Assembly: GCA_964016885.1 (NCBI GenBank)
Contig: OZ024745.1
Span: 96,658,001 to 96,722,000 of the forward strand
Direction of reading: 5' to 3'
Origin: Eledone cirrhosa
Taxonomy: Eukaryota
Length of the DNA stretch: 64,000 bases
In this document: positions 40,168 through 53,949 of the stretch, piece after piece
How positions within the stretch are numbered: position 1 is the stretch's first letter
Layout of the letters: each line of letters opens with the position of its first letter
Notes under the pieces: generated by a model
What the model was told of the DNA's origin: nothing
Database searches by the model: none
What the model saw: only the letters and a program-made list of their open reading frames with translations
Translations under genes and position numbers: made by a program

Positions 40168-40933
40168 CAGCAGCAATAGTAACAGCAGGGGGAAAGAGTG
40201 TGTGTGTGTGTGTGTGTGAATGGAGGAGGTGAATAAGACAATGACTGGACACGACTCTTCTTACCTCCTTACCACCAGCCAACCATCGGAGAAAGCGCCA
40301 GTAGTAGTTTACTAACGAGGAGTCCTTTATGTGACAGCACAACAAATAAAATCATAAGAAATAAATATAATAAATAAATAAATGCTGGAGACCCGGATAT
40401 AGTAAACGCCAAAAGCAATATGAGTCATCCGATCCTATTTAATATGATGAAATAGGCTGTTGTGGATAGTGTTGGATATAGTAGTAGTAGTGGTGTTGGT
40501 GGTGGTAGTGGTGGTGGTGGTTGTGGTGGAGGTGGTGGTAGTAGTAGTAGTAGTAGTGTTGGTAGTAGTGTTGGTAGTAGTGGTGGTGGTGTAGTGGTAG
40601 TGTTGGTAGTAATAGTAGTAGTGGTGTTGGTGGTGGTAGTGGTGGTGGTGGTGGTGGTAGTAGTAATATTAGTAATATTAGTAGCAGTAGTAGTAGTAGC
40701 AGTAATAGTAGTAGTAGTGGTGGCGGTGGTGGTAGTAGTAGTGGTGGCGGTGGTAGTAGTAGTAATAATAGTAGTAGTAGTATTAGTAGTAGAAGTAGTA
40801 GTAGTGGTAGTGGTGGTGGTGGTGGTGGTAGTTGATGGTGGTGGTAGTAGTGGTGGTGGTGTCAGTAGTAGTAGTAATAGTAGTGGTGATGGTAGTGGTG
40901 GTGGTGTGGTGGTGGTGGTGGTGGTAGTAGTAA

Positions 40934-40977
<44 letters not shown>

Positions 40978-42020
40978 TTTGGAATGGTGATAATGGTGGT
41001 GGTTGTATTACTTTTTGGTATAGTTCATGATGATGATTATGATGGTAATGGTGCCGCTAGGCTGTGGTGGTGGTGGTGGTGGTGGTGATATGATGACGGT
41101 CGGGGCGGCGTTAGTGGTGGTGTTGTTGTTGTTGGTGGTTGTGGTGGTGGTGTGAGGATGGTCAAAGTTGTGGTGGTGGCGGTGATGGTGTTGACGGTGG
41201 TGTTGATAATGATGATGGTGATGGTAGTGTTGGTGGCGGCGGTGTTAGTAGTGGTGGTAATGGTGTGATGATGGTCAAAGTAGTGGTGGTGGTGGTGGTG
41301 GTGGTGGTGGTAGTGATGGTGTTGATGGTTGTAGTGGTGGTGGTTGTAGTGGTGGTGTGGTGGTTGTAGCGGTGGTGGTGGTTGTAATGGTGGTGTTGGT
41401 GGTTGTAGTGGTGGTGGTGGTGTTGGTGGTTGTAGTGGTGGTGTGGTGGTTGTAGTGGTGGTGTGGTGGTTGTAGCGGTGGTGGTGGTTGTAATGGTGAT
41501 GTTTGTGGTGGTGGTGGTGGTGTTGGTGGTTGTAGTGGTGGTGTGGTGGTTGTAGTGGTGTTGTGGTGGTTGTAGCGGTGGTGGTGGTTATAATGGTGCT
41601 GTTTGTGGTTGTAGTGGTGGTGTGGTGGTTGTAGTGGTGGTGTGGTGGTTGTAGCGGTGGTGGTGGTTGTAATGGTGATGTTTGTGGTTGTAGTGGTGGT
41701 GTGGTGGTTGTAGTGGTGGTGGTTGTAGCGGTGGTGGTGGTTGTAATGGTGATGTTTGTGGTTGTAGTGGTGGTGTGGTGGTTGTAGTGGTGGTGGTTGT
41801 AGCGGTGGTGGTGGTTGTAATGGTGATGTTTGTGGTTGTAGTGGTGGTGTGGTGGTTGTAGCGGTGGTGGTGGTTGTAATGGTGGTGTTGGTGGTTGTAG
41901 TGGGGGTGTTGGCGGTGGTGGTTGTAGTGGTGGTGGTGGTGGTTGTAGTGGTGGTGTTGGTGGTTGTAGTGGTGGTGTTGGTGGTGGTGATGACGGTGGT
42001 GTTGGTGATGTTGGTGGCAG
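39545..42020. repeat. (GGT/AGT/GTT)n compound trinucleotide arrays (interrupted at ~40190-40470)
   Basis: Low-complexity triplet repeats. Confidence 0.9.
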
Positions 42021-43905
42021 TGTGAAGCTCGTCGAAGCAGTGTTTGTGGTTATGGTGGTTGTAGTGTTGTTGTGGTGGTGTTGGTGGCAGTGTGAAGCTG
42101 GTCAAACAGGGTTTGTGGTCGTAGTGGTGGTGGTGGTGGTGGTGGTGGTGGTGGTGGTAGTTGTTGTTGTGGAGGTGATGGTTGTAGTGGTGGTGGCTGT
42201 AGTGGTGGAGTTGATAGTTGTAGTGGTCTTTCATGGTGTTGGTAACAGTGTGAAGCTGGTCAAAGCAGTGTTTGTGTTTATGTTTGTGGTGTTGGTGGTG
42301 GTTGTAGTGGTGTTGGTGATGTTGGTGGCAGTATGAAGCTGGTCAAAGCAGTGTTTGTGTTTGTGTTTGTGGTGTTGGTGGTTGTAGTGGTGTTGGTGGT
42401 GGTTGTAGGGGTGTTGGTGATGTTGGTGGCAGTATGAAGCTGGTCAAAGCAGTGTTTGTGTTTGTGTTTGTGGTGTTGGTGGTTGTAGTGGTGTTGGTGG
42501 TGGTTGTAGTGGTGTTGGTGATGTTGGTGGCAGTATGAAGCTGGTCAAAGCAGTGTTTGTGTTTGTGTTTGTGGTGTTGGTGGTTGTAGTGGTGTTGGTG
42601 GTGGTTGTAGTGGTGTTGGTGATGTTGGTGGCAGTATGAAGCTGGTCAAAGCAGTGTTTGTGTTTGTGTTTGTGTTTGTGGTGTTGGTGGTTGTAGTGGT
42701 GTTGGTAGTGGTTGTAGTGGTGTTGGCGATGTTGGTGGCAGTATGAAGCTGGTCAAAGCAGTGTTTGTGTTTGTGTTTGTGGTGTTGGTGGTTGTAGTGG
42801 TGTTGGTAGTGGTTGTAGTGGTGTTGGTGATGTTGGTGGCAGTATGAAGCTGGTCAAAGCAGTGTTTGTGTTTGTGTTTGTGTTTATGGTGTTGGTGGTT
42901 GTAGTGGTGTTGGTGGTGGTTGTAGTGGTGTTGGCGATGTTGGTGGCAGTATGAAGCTGGTCAAAGCAGTGTTTGTGTTTGTGTTTGTGGTGTTGGTGGT
43001 TGTAGTGGTGTTGGTGGTGGTTGTAGTGGTGTTGGTGGTGGTTGTAGTGGTGTTGGTGATGTTGGTGGCAGTATGAAGCTGGTCAAAGCAGTGTTTGTGT
43101 TTGTGTTTGTGGTGTTGGTGGTTGTAGTGGTGTTGGTAGTGGTTGTAGTGGTGTTGGTGATGTTGGTGGCAGTATGAAGCTGGTCAAAGCAGTGTTTGTG
43201 TCTGTGTTTGTGGTGTTGGTGGTTGTAGTGGTGTTGGTAGTGGTTGTAGTGGTGTTGGTGATGTTGGTGGCAGTATGAAGCTGGTCAAAGCAGTGTTTGT
43301 GTTTGTGTTTGTGTTTATGGTGTTGGTGGTTGTAGTGGTGTTGGTGGTGGTTGTAGTGGTGTTGGCGATGTTGGTGGCAGTATGAAGCTGGTCAAAGCAG
43401 TGTTTGTGTTTGTGTTTGTGTTTGTGTTGGTAGTGTTGGTGGTGTTGGTGGTGGTTGTAGTGGTGTTGGTGGTGGTTGTAGTGGTGTTGGTGATGTTGGT
43501 GGCAGTATGAAGCTGGTCAAAGTAGTGTTTGTGTTTGTGTTTGTGTTTGTGTTGGTAGTGTTGGTGGTGTTGGTGGTGGTTGTAGTGGTGTTGGTGATGT
43601 TGGTGGCAGTATGAGGTTGGTCAAAGCAGTGTTTGTGTTTGTGTTTGTGGTGTTGGTGGTTGTAGTGGTGTTGGTGGTGGTTGTAGTGGTGTTGGTGATG
43701 TTGGTGGCAGTATGAGGTTGGTCAAAGCAGTGTTTGTGTTTGTGTTTGTGTTTGTGTTGGTGGTGTTGGTGGTGTTGGTGGCAGTATGAAGCTGGTCAAA
43801 GCAGTGTTTGCGTTTGTGGTGTTGGTGGAGGTTGTAGTGGTGTTGGTGGTGTTGGTGGTGTTGGTGGCAGTATGAAGCTGGCCAAAGCAGTGTTTGTGTT
43901 TATGA
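42020..43905. repeat. ~101 bp minisatellite
   Basis: Constant core GGCAGTATGAAGCTGGTCAAAGCAGTGTTTG recurring every ~100 bp with GT-rich spacers that are nearly identical to each other. Confidence 0.9.
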
Positions 43906-46900
43906 CTGTGGTTGTGGTGAAAATGTTAATAGTAAAATATAGATGACGCCATCATTAGCAGGTCAGTTTGACCAATTCTATTATCTACAGTGCTAAAGCT
44001 GCTGAAATCAGTCAGACTTGCAATATAATGTTTGGCACAGATTCTACCTCCTACATATGATGGAGTCATATATTAAAACCAATATTGTAACGGCCATTAA
44101 AACAGCATGCCTAGCGCATAATAATTATTATTGTAATAACAATAATTGTTTCTACCTTTGGCACAAGGCCAGCAAATACCCAGTGCATTACTGGTACTTT
44201 ATTTTATCGACCCCGTAAGGATGAAATGTAAAGTAAACAATAATGATAGTGATAGCTGCTACTGTTTCTCTTGCTGCTGTTGTTGTTGTTGCTGTTGTTG
44301 TTGCTGTTGTTGTTTTTATTGTTTTTGCTGCTTCTGTTGTTGTGGTGGTGGTGGTGATTGTTATTGTTGTTGTTGTTGTGGTGGTGGTGGTAGTAGCAGT
44401 GGTGGTGCTAGTGGTTGTAGTGGTGGTGCTGGTGGTGGTTGTGGTAGTCGTGACATCAATTATGGTCGTATTAATAATTGTAATGATGATAATGGCAAGG
44501 AGGGTTGACAATGATGATAAGGAGATGATGATAATGATAACGATGATGGCGATGATTATTATGATGAATGTGGCTATGGCAACAATGATGAGACAACAAC
44601 AACAACAAAGACAATGCTAGCGTTGACAATGATAGTGATGATGATGCTGATGATATTTCCATTCGCATGAAATCTCGAATTACAGAGATATACTACAGTG
44701 AAAATGTGCGTTAAATTTACTTTCTCAAAGGTGAATACAGCTGGATACAGAAATTAGGCCAAGGATTTGATTAGTTGACAGTTTACCGCGACATTGATAA
44801 CAATGGCACTAGAACTGATTACTCCATATAATTAGTTATCTAATGCATATTAATGATTTGAAGCTATATAGATGAGATAACGGTCAACTAAAATGTCCTC
44901 TACAAGGAAACTGCCATTGCTGTGGTGGTCTAGCGAGAAGCATTTTAATGAAATTAGTTTCAAGTAGGTTTTTGCCTAGAGGTTTCTTTAAAACAGAAAC
45001 CAACGAAATACATAAATATATAAATATATAAATACATAAATATATAGGAAATATTGCATACATAAATTAACAAATATTGAAATAATTAGACGAAATACAA
45101 TTATATAAACACTTGAGAATTAATCAGTTGGATTCTAGACGTACATACCTTCATATTGTTCAGTAGAAAATTAAATTAGAACCCAAGTATTACACATTAA
45201 TACATTAGTTGTACTTAAAATGTGCTAAATCGTTAATTTCATTAGTTGAGATTTGACAAACTACTGAGACTACAGGATTTAAAAGTAAAAGAATAATAAC
45301 AGTAATTAGAAAACAGTCTAAAGCAAATAGAAACACCCAGAAATTATTAGAAACTCTCTGGATAAACACCCGAGAGAAAACGGAAATACATTAATACAAA
45401 TACTGGGAGAACATGGAAACTATGCCTAAAATGTGTTCTTAATTTTTGTGAGGGCCAATAAATACAAATAGAAAATTGGCAACAGTGGAGCATGGAAGGG
45501 ATGAACATACATATAGAAACAAGAATAAAATAAAATAAAATAAAATGAGGTAGTTTAGAACATCATTTGTATTTTTCGCTGATGTTTATTTTTCGGGCTA
45601 CTTCCCCATCTTGAATGTATTATTGACACAATGATTCGATCGGTATTCTGAAAAACAAGGGAATAAAAAGACAACTTTAGAGCATCGTGTTTGATGAAGA
45701 ACTAAACAACTACAGAAAGAATGTGTAAGGTTAAATACGGCTAAAGTTGATTAATAAATATTGCAATACGGACAAAGTTAAAGGGTAAAAGAAGAGCTTT
45801 ATTCCTCATTACAATGTATCCATTCTTATTGTTTATTCGCTAAATACGCTACAACAAATACACCGCAATCTCGTCACCCCCCTCCCTCTCTCTCTCGCTC
45901 TCTCTCCAGATGCTACAACAGCTTCTGCTTCTCTCTCAATTAACAAGCTGTATGCCACCTCTGTCTAAACAAAGCTGGTGCAATGCCTCTCCTCCCTAAT
46001 ATTTGTCATAGTTCTAAAAATCATGCAAGAAGCATTTTGCTAAATCTTTCCATCTCAGATATGCTTCCTTCTGAAAGTCCTCATTGGATTAGAAATACAC
46101 AAAAATGAAATGTATGTTGTTGTGCTGTGAGAGGAAGCAATGCCTAAACTTTCAAACTAATGACGGTAGCATTTGGTGAACGTAACGCCTTTGGGGAGAT
46201 GATTTATTCCAAACGACGTATGCTATACATTCATGGGTATGATGAGGAAGGGGCGTTAGTCACATGCTACATGAGTCTGATACAGGTTTGTGAACAGTTC
46301 GTTTGGTTAGTCTAATAGCAGAGTGAACACTCTACTGTAAATGTTATTGCCAAATTAAAATTTAGCTTCCGACAGCGATACACTCATATATTATATATTT
46401 TGCTCAAATAAATTGCCTTCCTTCAGACATAAAGCGAGAAGAACAGTCATCTCTTTAGAAGTAACAAGGCTTCTACAAAATCTTTGAAACAATCTTATTG
46501 TTGAAATAACCTTGCCTCCAAAATTGCTTCAGGTATTGTATTCAGAATCTATGAACCGTCTAGAATCTTCTTAAACTGCACTTTTGTCACCTTTCATATC
46601 ATTATCTGTGGAAGCTCATACATCATTTAAAGAAAATGTGATGGGTATTGCTTCATAATATTCGATCGGTCTACGTGCAGAATACAAGTTTGAATAAACA
46701 ATATTGTATTTGTTATATTTGTTTTCTTTTTTTCTTTTCTTTTTCTTCGAAAACCCAATTATGTTCACACTACAAAAATGGCAGGGAGTAGGTTGGTCTC
46801 TTGTTCTCAAAATATGAGTATGGAGAAAGGTGATAGTTCATAGTTGTATCTACCTAAAAGTACCACAAACACAAAAAAATGTCTGAGGATTTTTATATTC

Positions 46901-47587
46901 ACGAGGCGTGCTAATTAAATTACATGCCTTTGTGGAAATATTCTGCAACATACAAATTATTTCAAATATAATAATGAAAAATAATAGGTCTTATTTGAAA
47001 ACCTTCAAGCGCTAATGATAAACTTAAGACGGTTTTGAAATCAGTATAAAATATTTGCTTCATCTCCGACGGAAATTCTTTGTTGACCAGTGTTCTTGTC
47101 GATTGAATTAACTCAAATATATCTCTAATAAACGTTGAAGGTTTCGGGGTCAACCTTGTTCGTTTAACTCGGAATATAGCCGGAAGAAACTAACGATCAC
47201 GATTAAGATTCGGTTCAACGCAAGCTAATTTCCTACATTAAATCTAGAGCATTTAGTCCGGTGCCAAACTATTTTCTGCCAACCCACTATTTTTTTTTAT
47301 TCAGCGAGAATATGTTTAACTTTTATATACGTATGAATGTATGTATGTATGTATGTATGTATGTATGTATGTATGTATGTATGTATGTATGTATGTATGT
47401 ATGTATGTATGTATGCATGTATGTATGTACAAATGTATATGTGTAAGTATGTACAAATGTATGTATGTACAAATGTATGTATGTATGTATATGTGTATGT
47501 ATGTATATATGTATGTATGTACAGATGTATATATGTATGTATGTACAAATGTATATATGTATGTATGTACAGGTGTATATATGTATG

Positions 47588-50556
47588 TTTTCTCTTTCTC
47601 TTAATTTTGAGTATATTTTTTGACCGGCCACCTTCCTGGTGGCAAGGTTGTAAAAGAAAAGAAATTGTCATCCCTTGAATCGCAAGAATGTTTTGCAAAT
47701 TTTGAAGGTGCCAGCTATCGCAGCCATTTGTAGACTATGAATTAGGGAGCTGCGCTTTTTGTCCGCAAATCCAAGTTCAGTCATACTTTGGTCCAAGCGG
47801 GTTGGTATATAACCCGTAGCACCAATAATGATGGGTATGAAGCTAAAGGTGTATCTTGGATACTGGATTTGTAAACTCCTCATCAATGGTCCGTAGATGT
47901 CCTCCTTCTCCTGTATTTTTCTGACAACGTTTACATCAAGTGGGCAGCTGATCTCCACAACAGAACACGTTTTCAATGTGTGGTCCCAAACTACAATATC
48001 AGGCCGGTTGTGCTTTAATTTGGTGGCAGTTTTTATTTTCAGGTTCCACCAGTATTCCTTAGTGCCATCTGTCTCAATATATTCTTCCTCGTTTGTTGTT
48101 GATTTTGTTTTCCGAAGTGCGTTCCAGATGGTTCTAGCTATCCCATCGTGTCTCATGGGGAGGTAGTAGCGAGATGACATTCTTTCGCAGCTGGCAACAA
48201 TGTGGCTTACATCCTCGATCTTTGTTTTACATAGCCTACATTTATTGTCAGCTGCTGGCCCTCCTCTTTTGTGCAGCAGATATTTGGTAGGGAGTTCTTG
48301 TTCCTGTATTGCATAGAGATATCCCTCAAGGTGTGATGTCATAAACCTGTCGGAACTCCATGCCAGGCTTTTTGAGTGGTTTATCCCCTCTATGGTCTGT
48401 GTTTTACGCCTCAAGTATCCATGCACAACTTTTTCTGTAAATTGGTCAATTTTTTTTTTCTTGTTTGAACATTGAATAGGATCTTCCGATTTCTCTGGGT
48501 GAGAGATTTATATCGGGCTTTATTCCATATCTCTCCTCCAGATCAGTCGCTATTCTAATGATATTTCTTTTTTCATGGTCATAAACCTGGGCAAGATGGT
48601 TGCCAACCTTTTTCCTCTGTTGAAGGTGTTGCTTCAGTGTCACTATCCGGGTCTCATATGTTGTTAATATTGATTTTAGACCCCGGCCACCTTCCTTGCG
48701 TGAGAAGTATAGCCTATCCACATCACCATTGATGTTAAAGTTCCCAGTAACACTGAGAAGTTTTCGAGTTCTAACATCCATCTCACTTAGTTCTTGCAAT
48801 GACCAGTTCAGTAGGCCAAATGTTGGCGTTAGAATTGGCACAGCATAAGTATTGTGGGCAATGTATTTGTTGTATGCTGACAGTTCTGATGACCATATTT
48901 TCTTTACTCTTCTGAGGTATTCAGTTCTGGTTCTCTCCTTATTTATGGGTCCATCATATCTGACATTCTCATCCTGTCCAAGATATCTGTAGTTGTCACC
49001 TGACTGCAGAGGTTGTATTGTCAGGCCGTTCATCTCTAGATTTCTAGAGGAGGGCACAGCTCTTCCACGTTTTACTGCCAAATATGCACACTTGGACTCA
49101 CCAAATTTCATTTTGATGTCGGTTGAAAATTGTGTAATGAGGTCCAATTGTTTCTTGATGTCATTGATATTTGGCCCATACAACTTCAGGTCATCAACAA
49201 AGAAAAGATGGGAGATACTTCTGGTCCCACTTCTTTGTCGACCTTGTTTCCTGAGTAGGTAAGATAGTGGATTCAGTGAGAGAACGAAGAGTAGCACTGA
49301 CAAGCTATCACCCTGAAAGATGCCCTTCTGGTAATGTATCTTATCAGTCTTAACCTGCTCCTTCTCACCTCTAAGGATCAAACTGGTGTACCAGTTCTTG
49401 GTCAGGCGTTCAACAGCAGCTACCAATGGTTGTGGGACTTTAGCTAACTGTAAAGCCTTAACAATCCACCCATGAGGTACACTATCAAATGCTTTTTGAT
49501 AGTCCAGCCACACGACAGTCATGTTTCTGCGATTCTTTGTTGTTTTTTCCTGAATCATTTTGTTAGTTAGTAGGTGATCTATGCAACCCCACACCTCCCT
49601 CTTTCCACCAGCTTGCTCAGGTGTTATAATGTTGTTGGTAGCACAGTGATCCTGTAAGAACAGGTTAAGGCACCCAGTATATAATTTATACATGATGTTT
49701 TGGCAGGCAATTGGGCGGTAATTTTTAGCAAGGGTGGTTTGGCTATTTTTGGGAATGAGGAGAGTAGAGGCAGTTGATAACCATCTGGGCAGTTCTTGTG
49801 TGCCCTTAATGGTTTCTGTAAACAGCCGTATGAGATCTTGCCGATAGAAAGTGAAATTCTTCAACCAGTATCCTGTAATGAGGTCTGGGCCTGGCGATTT
49901 CCTATTCGACATTTTCTGTAGAGCTGTTTCCAGTATTGACCCATCTATGTCATATTGTTTTGTCTGGACATGTTGGCAGTAGTCCTGTTCCAGTTCTTTT
50001 AGCCAATTAGCTTGTCTGTTGAATCCGTCATCCGTTTCCCATACAGATCTCCAGTAGCTCTCAACCTGTTCTTTTGAAGGGGTGTCATTTACAGAGATTG
50101 AGCTTTTGCCACCGAAGCTGCGATAAACTGATTTAGGATCTCTGGCAAACAATCTATTTAGCACTTGTCGTTTATGTGCTGTTGACTTATATTTTAGTCT
50201 TTCTGTTGTAGCTGTGAGTTGTTGTTTCAACTGGTGTAATTTGGAGTTCAAAGTTTTAAATTTTGTATCTCCAAATCTTCTCTCTAACTTTTTCTTTAGG
50301 TCTTCCTGGTGTTGTGTGAAGTTGCTCTCTATGTTGCATTTCATAACGACTGCGATGTGTGAGATACTTCGTCTCAGGGACAAAATTTTGGTTTTTAAAT
50401 TTCGCATCCACGCTGGTTCAGGCTTTCTGTTTGTATCTTGATTGCGTGGTTTTAGATGTGTGTTATATGCTAGCAATGTGACAGCTGAAACATATAACAA
50501 AACATTAAGCGTTTCAAATGTCGTTTCTACACCTTTAGATCGTATAGCCTTCAGAT
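47588..50556 (-). mobile_element. R4/Dong family A, 5'-truncated copy in (TATG)n
   Basis: ORFs 48446-50556 and 47668-48426 are almost identical to 57449-60958. A single +1 T in the homopolymer at 48450 splits them. Confidence 0.95.
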
Positions 50557-50778
50557 ATGTATGTATGTACAAATGTATGTATGTATGTATGTATGTATGT
50601 ATGTGTATATGTATGTATTTACAAATGTATGAATGTATGTATGTACAAATGTATGTATGTATATATGTATGTATGTATAAATGTATGTATATATGTATGT
50701 ATGTATGTACAAATGTATATATGTATGTATGTATGTACAAATGTATAAATGTATGTATGTACAAATGTATATATGTAT

Positions 50779-51384
50779 GACAGGTCACCAGTTGGTGTTA
50801 CTGGTAACATGTATTCCAGTACAACCTGTCCCATGGTCGGGTCGTTGGCGACTAAACTGGCAACCCCACAAAGGTTTCTTGGTGAGGAGGGTGACTTTGG
50901 ACATCCTGCAGGACTAAAAACAAAACCTGTCAAAGGGCAAAGGAGCTCTTAAGAGTCAATGGCCATACAAAATCACCGGGAGAGATGACCCCTTAGCCTT
51001 TGTCAAGGCAGAATTCTAGGAGAAGGAAAACTCTGATATAACACATGCAACCCTGATGGTATCCAATGATGTTGACTTGTTCTTCTTTTTGGTAAATATC
51101 ATCTTGGTTACGAGAGTGGGACTGGCTTTGTGCAGTGCCTTTGCTCACTATAAAAGCTTCACGGCACAGGCATTGCTTTATATCTGGAGATCTCCCTTTG
51201 CTTGTCGTCACATGGTACCATGGGCCCAGCACTATGTGTCAATAATTGTTACAAGCGTAGTGTTTGTACCAGAGTTTTCAAGTCAATGGCTGGACTAAAA
51301 AGTTACACTCGTAGGGGTTCGGTAGGGGTTCTCCTACATGAATATAAAGTAGGGGCCGTACTCGCAAACGAGTTGGCAGCCACC
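50779..51384 (+). mobile_element. Non-autonomous RTE-derived retroposon, longest copy
   Basis: Extra 200-bp 5' segment, RTE-type 5' motif CTAGGAGAAGGAAAACTCTGAT, zinc-finger remnant, ATGT tail. Confidence 0.85.
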
Positions 51385-51599
51385 ATATATGTTTGTATGT
51401 ATGTTCAAATGTATGTATGTATGTACAAATCTATGTATGTATGTACAAATGTATATATGTATGTATGTACAAATCTATGTATGTATGTACAAATGTATAT
51501 ATGTATGTACAAATGTATGTATGTATGTATGTATGTATGTATGTATGTATGTATGTATGTATGTATGTATGGTGTACAGTATGTATGTATGTATGTATG

Positions 51600-52538
51600 C
51601 CAGGTGTACAGGGCATGTGTACTCTCTTGTCTTCTTTATGCCTGTGAGACCTGGGTCACATATCGATACCACCTTAAGCAATTGGAGCGTTTCCATCAGA
51701 TGTGTCTCAGACGGATCCATGGCGTTCACTGGAGGGACCACATCAGTGATGTCGAGATTTTGGAAAGCTCTATGTGTGACAGTATAGAAGCTCTTGTGCT
51801 TAAGCAACGACTCCGTTGGAGTGGTCACCTTGCCAGGATGAAGGATTCTAGAATACCAAAACAACTCCTTTATGGAGAGTTGGTTAAAGGAAAACGACCG
51901 CCATATAAACCAAAAAAGAGGTATAAGGATTCCTTGAAAGCCTCTCTGAAAAACGCTAACATCTCTGCTGATACATGGGAAAATATTGCTGCTGATCGTA
52001 ATAAATGGAGAAAGACTGTATATGAGGGAAAAGTTGCCTTTGAGGCATCTCGAATCGCATACGAGAAAGTAAAGCGGGATGTAAGGAAGGGCATTGCTGT
52101 TGCACTTCCAGACGGCGAGGGTCCTCCTATGGTGCTGACATGCAGCGTATGTGCGAGACACTGCCTAAGCAAAGCTGGACTCGAAAGTCATCTTCGCAGT
52201 CATAAAGTAAGACCAGTGGTTGACTACCAGGCTGCTGTTGGAGATACTACTCATCATGCTTGCCAAACATGTGGTAGAAAATGTAAATCAGCGGGCGATC
52301 TCAAGCGACATGAAAAAGTACACGAACTCCAACCACAGCCGACTATTCCCAGTAAATGTTTTGGTTGCCGACTCTGTGCAAGACATTTTAGATCATTGGC
52401 TGGGCTAAAAAGCCACATTCGATCGCAGCGCTGTTAGTTGCTATCGTGTGTGTGTGTAGATATGCTTATGTGTGTGCGTGTGTGTGTATATATATATGTA
52501 TATGTATATTATTATTGTTGTTGTCGTTATTATTATTG

Positions 52539-52570
<32 letters not shown>

Positions 52571-52626
52571 GTTTTTAATGTATGTGTGTGTGTATATGTG
52601 TGTGTGAGTGTGTGTATATGTGTATG

Positions 52627-52673
<47 letters not shown>

Positions 52674-52775
52674 TTCTTTTTTTTTCTTCTTTTTATTTAT
52701 TTATTATTATTATTATTTTTTTTTTTTTCTTCTCGTGCAATGGCCATACTCGATAACGAGGGGGCAGCCATCATC
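51600..52775 (+). mobile_element. 5'-truncated RTE (BovB-like) LINE with three C-terminal C2H2-type fingers
   Basis: LLYACETW..LERFHQMCLRRI..RLRWSGHLARM..PKQLLYGEL..; stop at 52437; 3' end GGCCATACTCGATAACGAGGGGGCAGCCATCATC then (ATGT)n. Confidence 0.9.
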
Positions 52776-52857
52776 ATGTATGTATGTATGTATGTATGTA
52801 TGTATGTATGTATGTATGTATGTATGTATGTATGTATGTATGTATGTATGCATGTAT

Positions 52858-53080
52858 GCACAGACATTGCTTTATATCTGGAGATCTCTCTGCACTTGTC
52901 GTCACATGGTACCAAGGGCTCAGCACTATGTGTCAATAATTGTCTCAAGTGTAGTGTTTGTACCAGAGTTTTCAAGTCGCTAGCTGGACTAAAAAGTCAC
53001 ACTCGTTCAGCGCATCGGTAGGGGTTCTCCTACATGGATATAAAGTAGTGGCCGTACTCGAAAACGAGTTGGCAGCCACC
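52858..53080 (+). mobile_element. Non-autonomous RTE-derived retroposon, short copy
   Basis: Matches 6640-6863; reads CSVCTRVFKSLAGLKSHTRSAH. Confidence 0.85.
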
Positions 53081-53127
53081 ATGTATGTATGTATGTATGT
53101 ATGTATGTATGTATGTATGTATGTATG

Positions 53128-53586
53128 TTCTTCTGGTTTTACAATTTCACAAAGTTTTACCAATAGAGGGAGAGTCGGTTTCCAACATAGACACAGGACT
53201 CTCTCATTGGAATTTACACAACATCAACTAGGTAGATATGTATGTATGCATGTGTAGATATGGATGTTATTGTATGTGTGGATGTGGATGTTTTGAGTTG
53301 TATGTGTGCATGTGTATATGCTTTGTATCTGTACATCTGTATATGCAGTTATTAGATGCAAAATTTTTGGAATCTTTTACATATTTTTACTGTTCCATTA
53401 ATGGATTGTACTTGTAGTTTCCTAACTAGTTGTGTTCTTTCTGTTCCTGTGAAGCCTAGCTTCTCGAGATTTGTATTGAGACAGTTACTAACATATCCCA
53501 GTGCCCCAATAATCACAGGCATAAATCTGAAGCTGTAATCAGGGTGGAATATCTGCAGATTTCTCATCAGTTCTGCATAAATATTC

Positions 53587-53590
<4 letters not shown>
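53128..53590 (-). mobile_element. R4/Dong family B 3' fragment
   Basis: RNLQIFHPDYSFRFMPVIIGALGYV..GTVKICK; RLE C-terminus homologous to family A. Confidence 0.8.
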
Positions 53591-53620
<30 letters not shown>

Positions 53621-53758
53621 TGTATGTATGTATGTATGTATGTATGTATGTATCTTTTATGTATGTATATATGTATGCATATCTATCTATTTATCTACAT
53701 ATCAACCTATCTTTATCGATCTGCATCTCTCTCTGTCTTTCTCTCTCTCTCTCTATAT

Positions 53759-53812
<54 letters not shown>

Positions 53813-53949
53813 ATATATATATAAAATATTTCATTTATATATATTATATATATAAATAATATTTCATTTGTATATATTATATATGTTTGTATGTGGCAAT
53901 TCCGTTTATCAAATCTTATCACGTATCAATTTGTATATGTATGTTTGTT

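Noticed and set aside
42020-43905. CRISPR-like constant repeat with spacers
   Set aside because: The spacers are near-identical low-complexity GT tracts, there are no cas genes, and the context is eukaryotic.
51202-51600. N-terminal extension of the 411-aa ORF (likewise 50557-50788 of the 780-aa ORF)
   Set aside because: Chance read-through across (TATG)n joining separate insertions.
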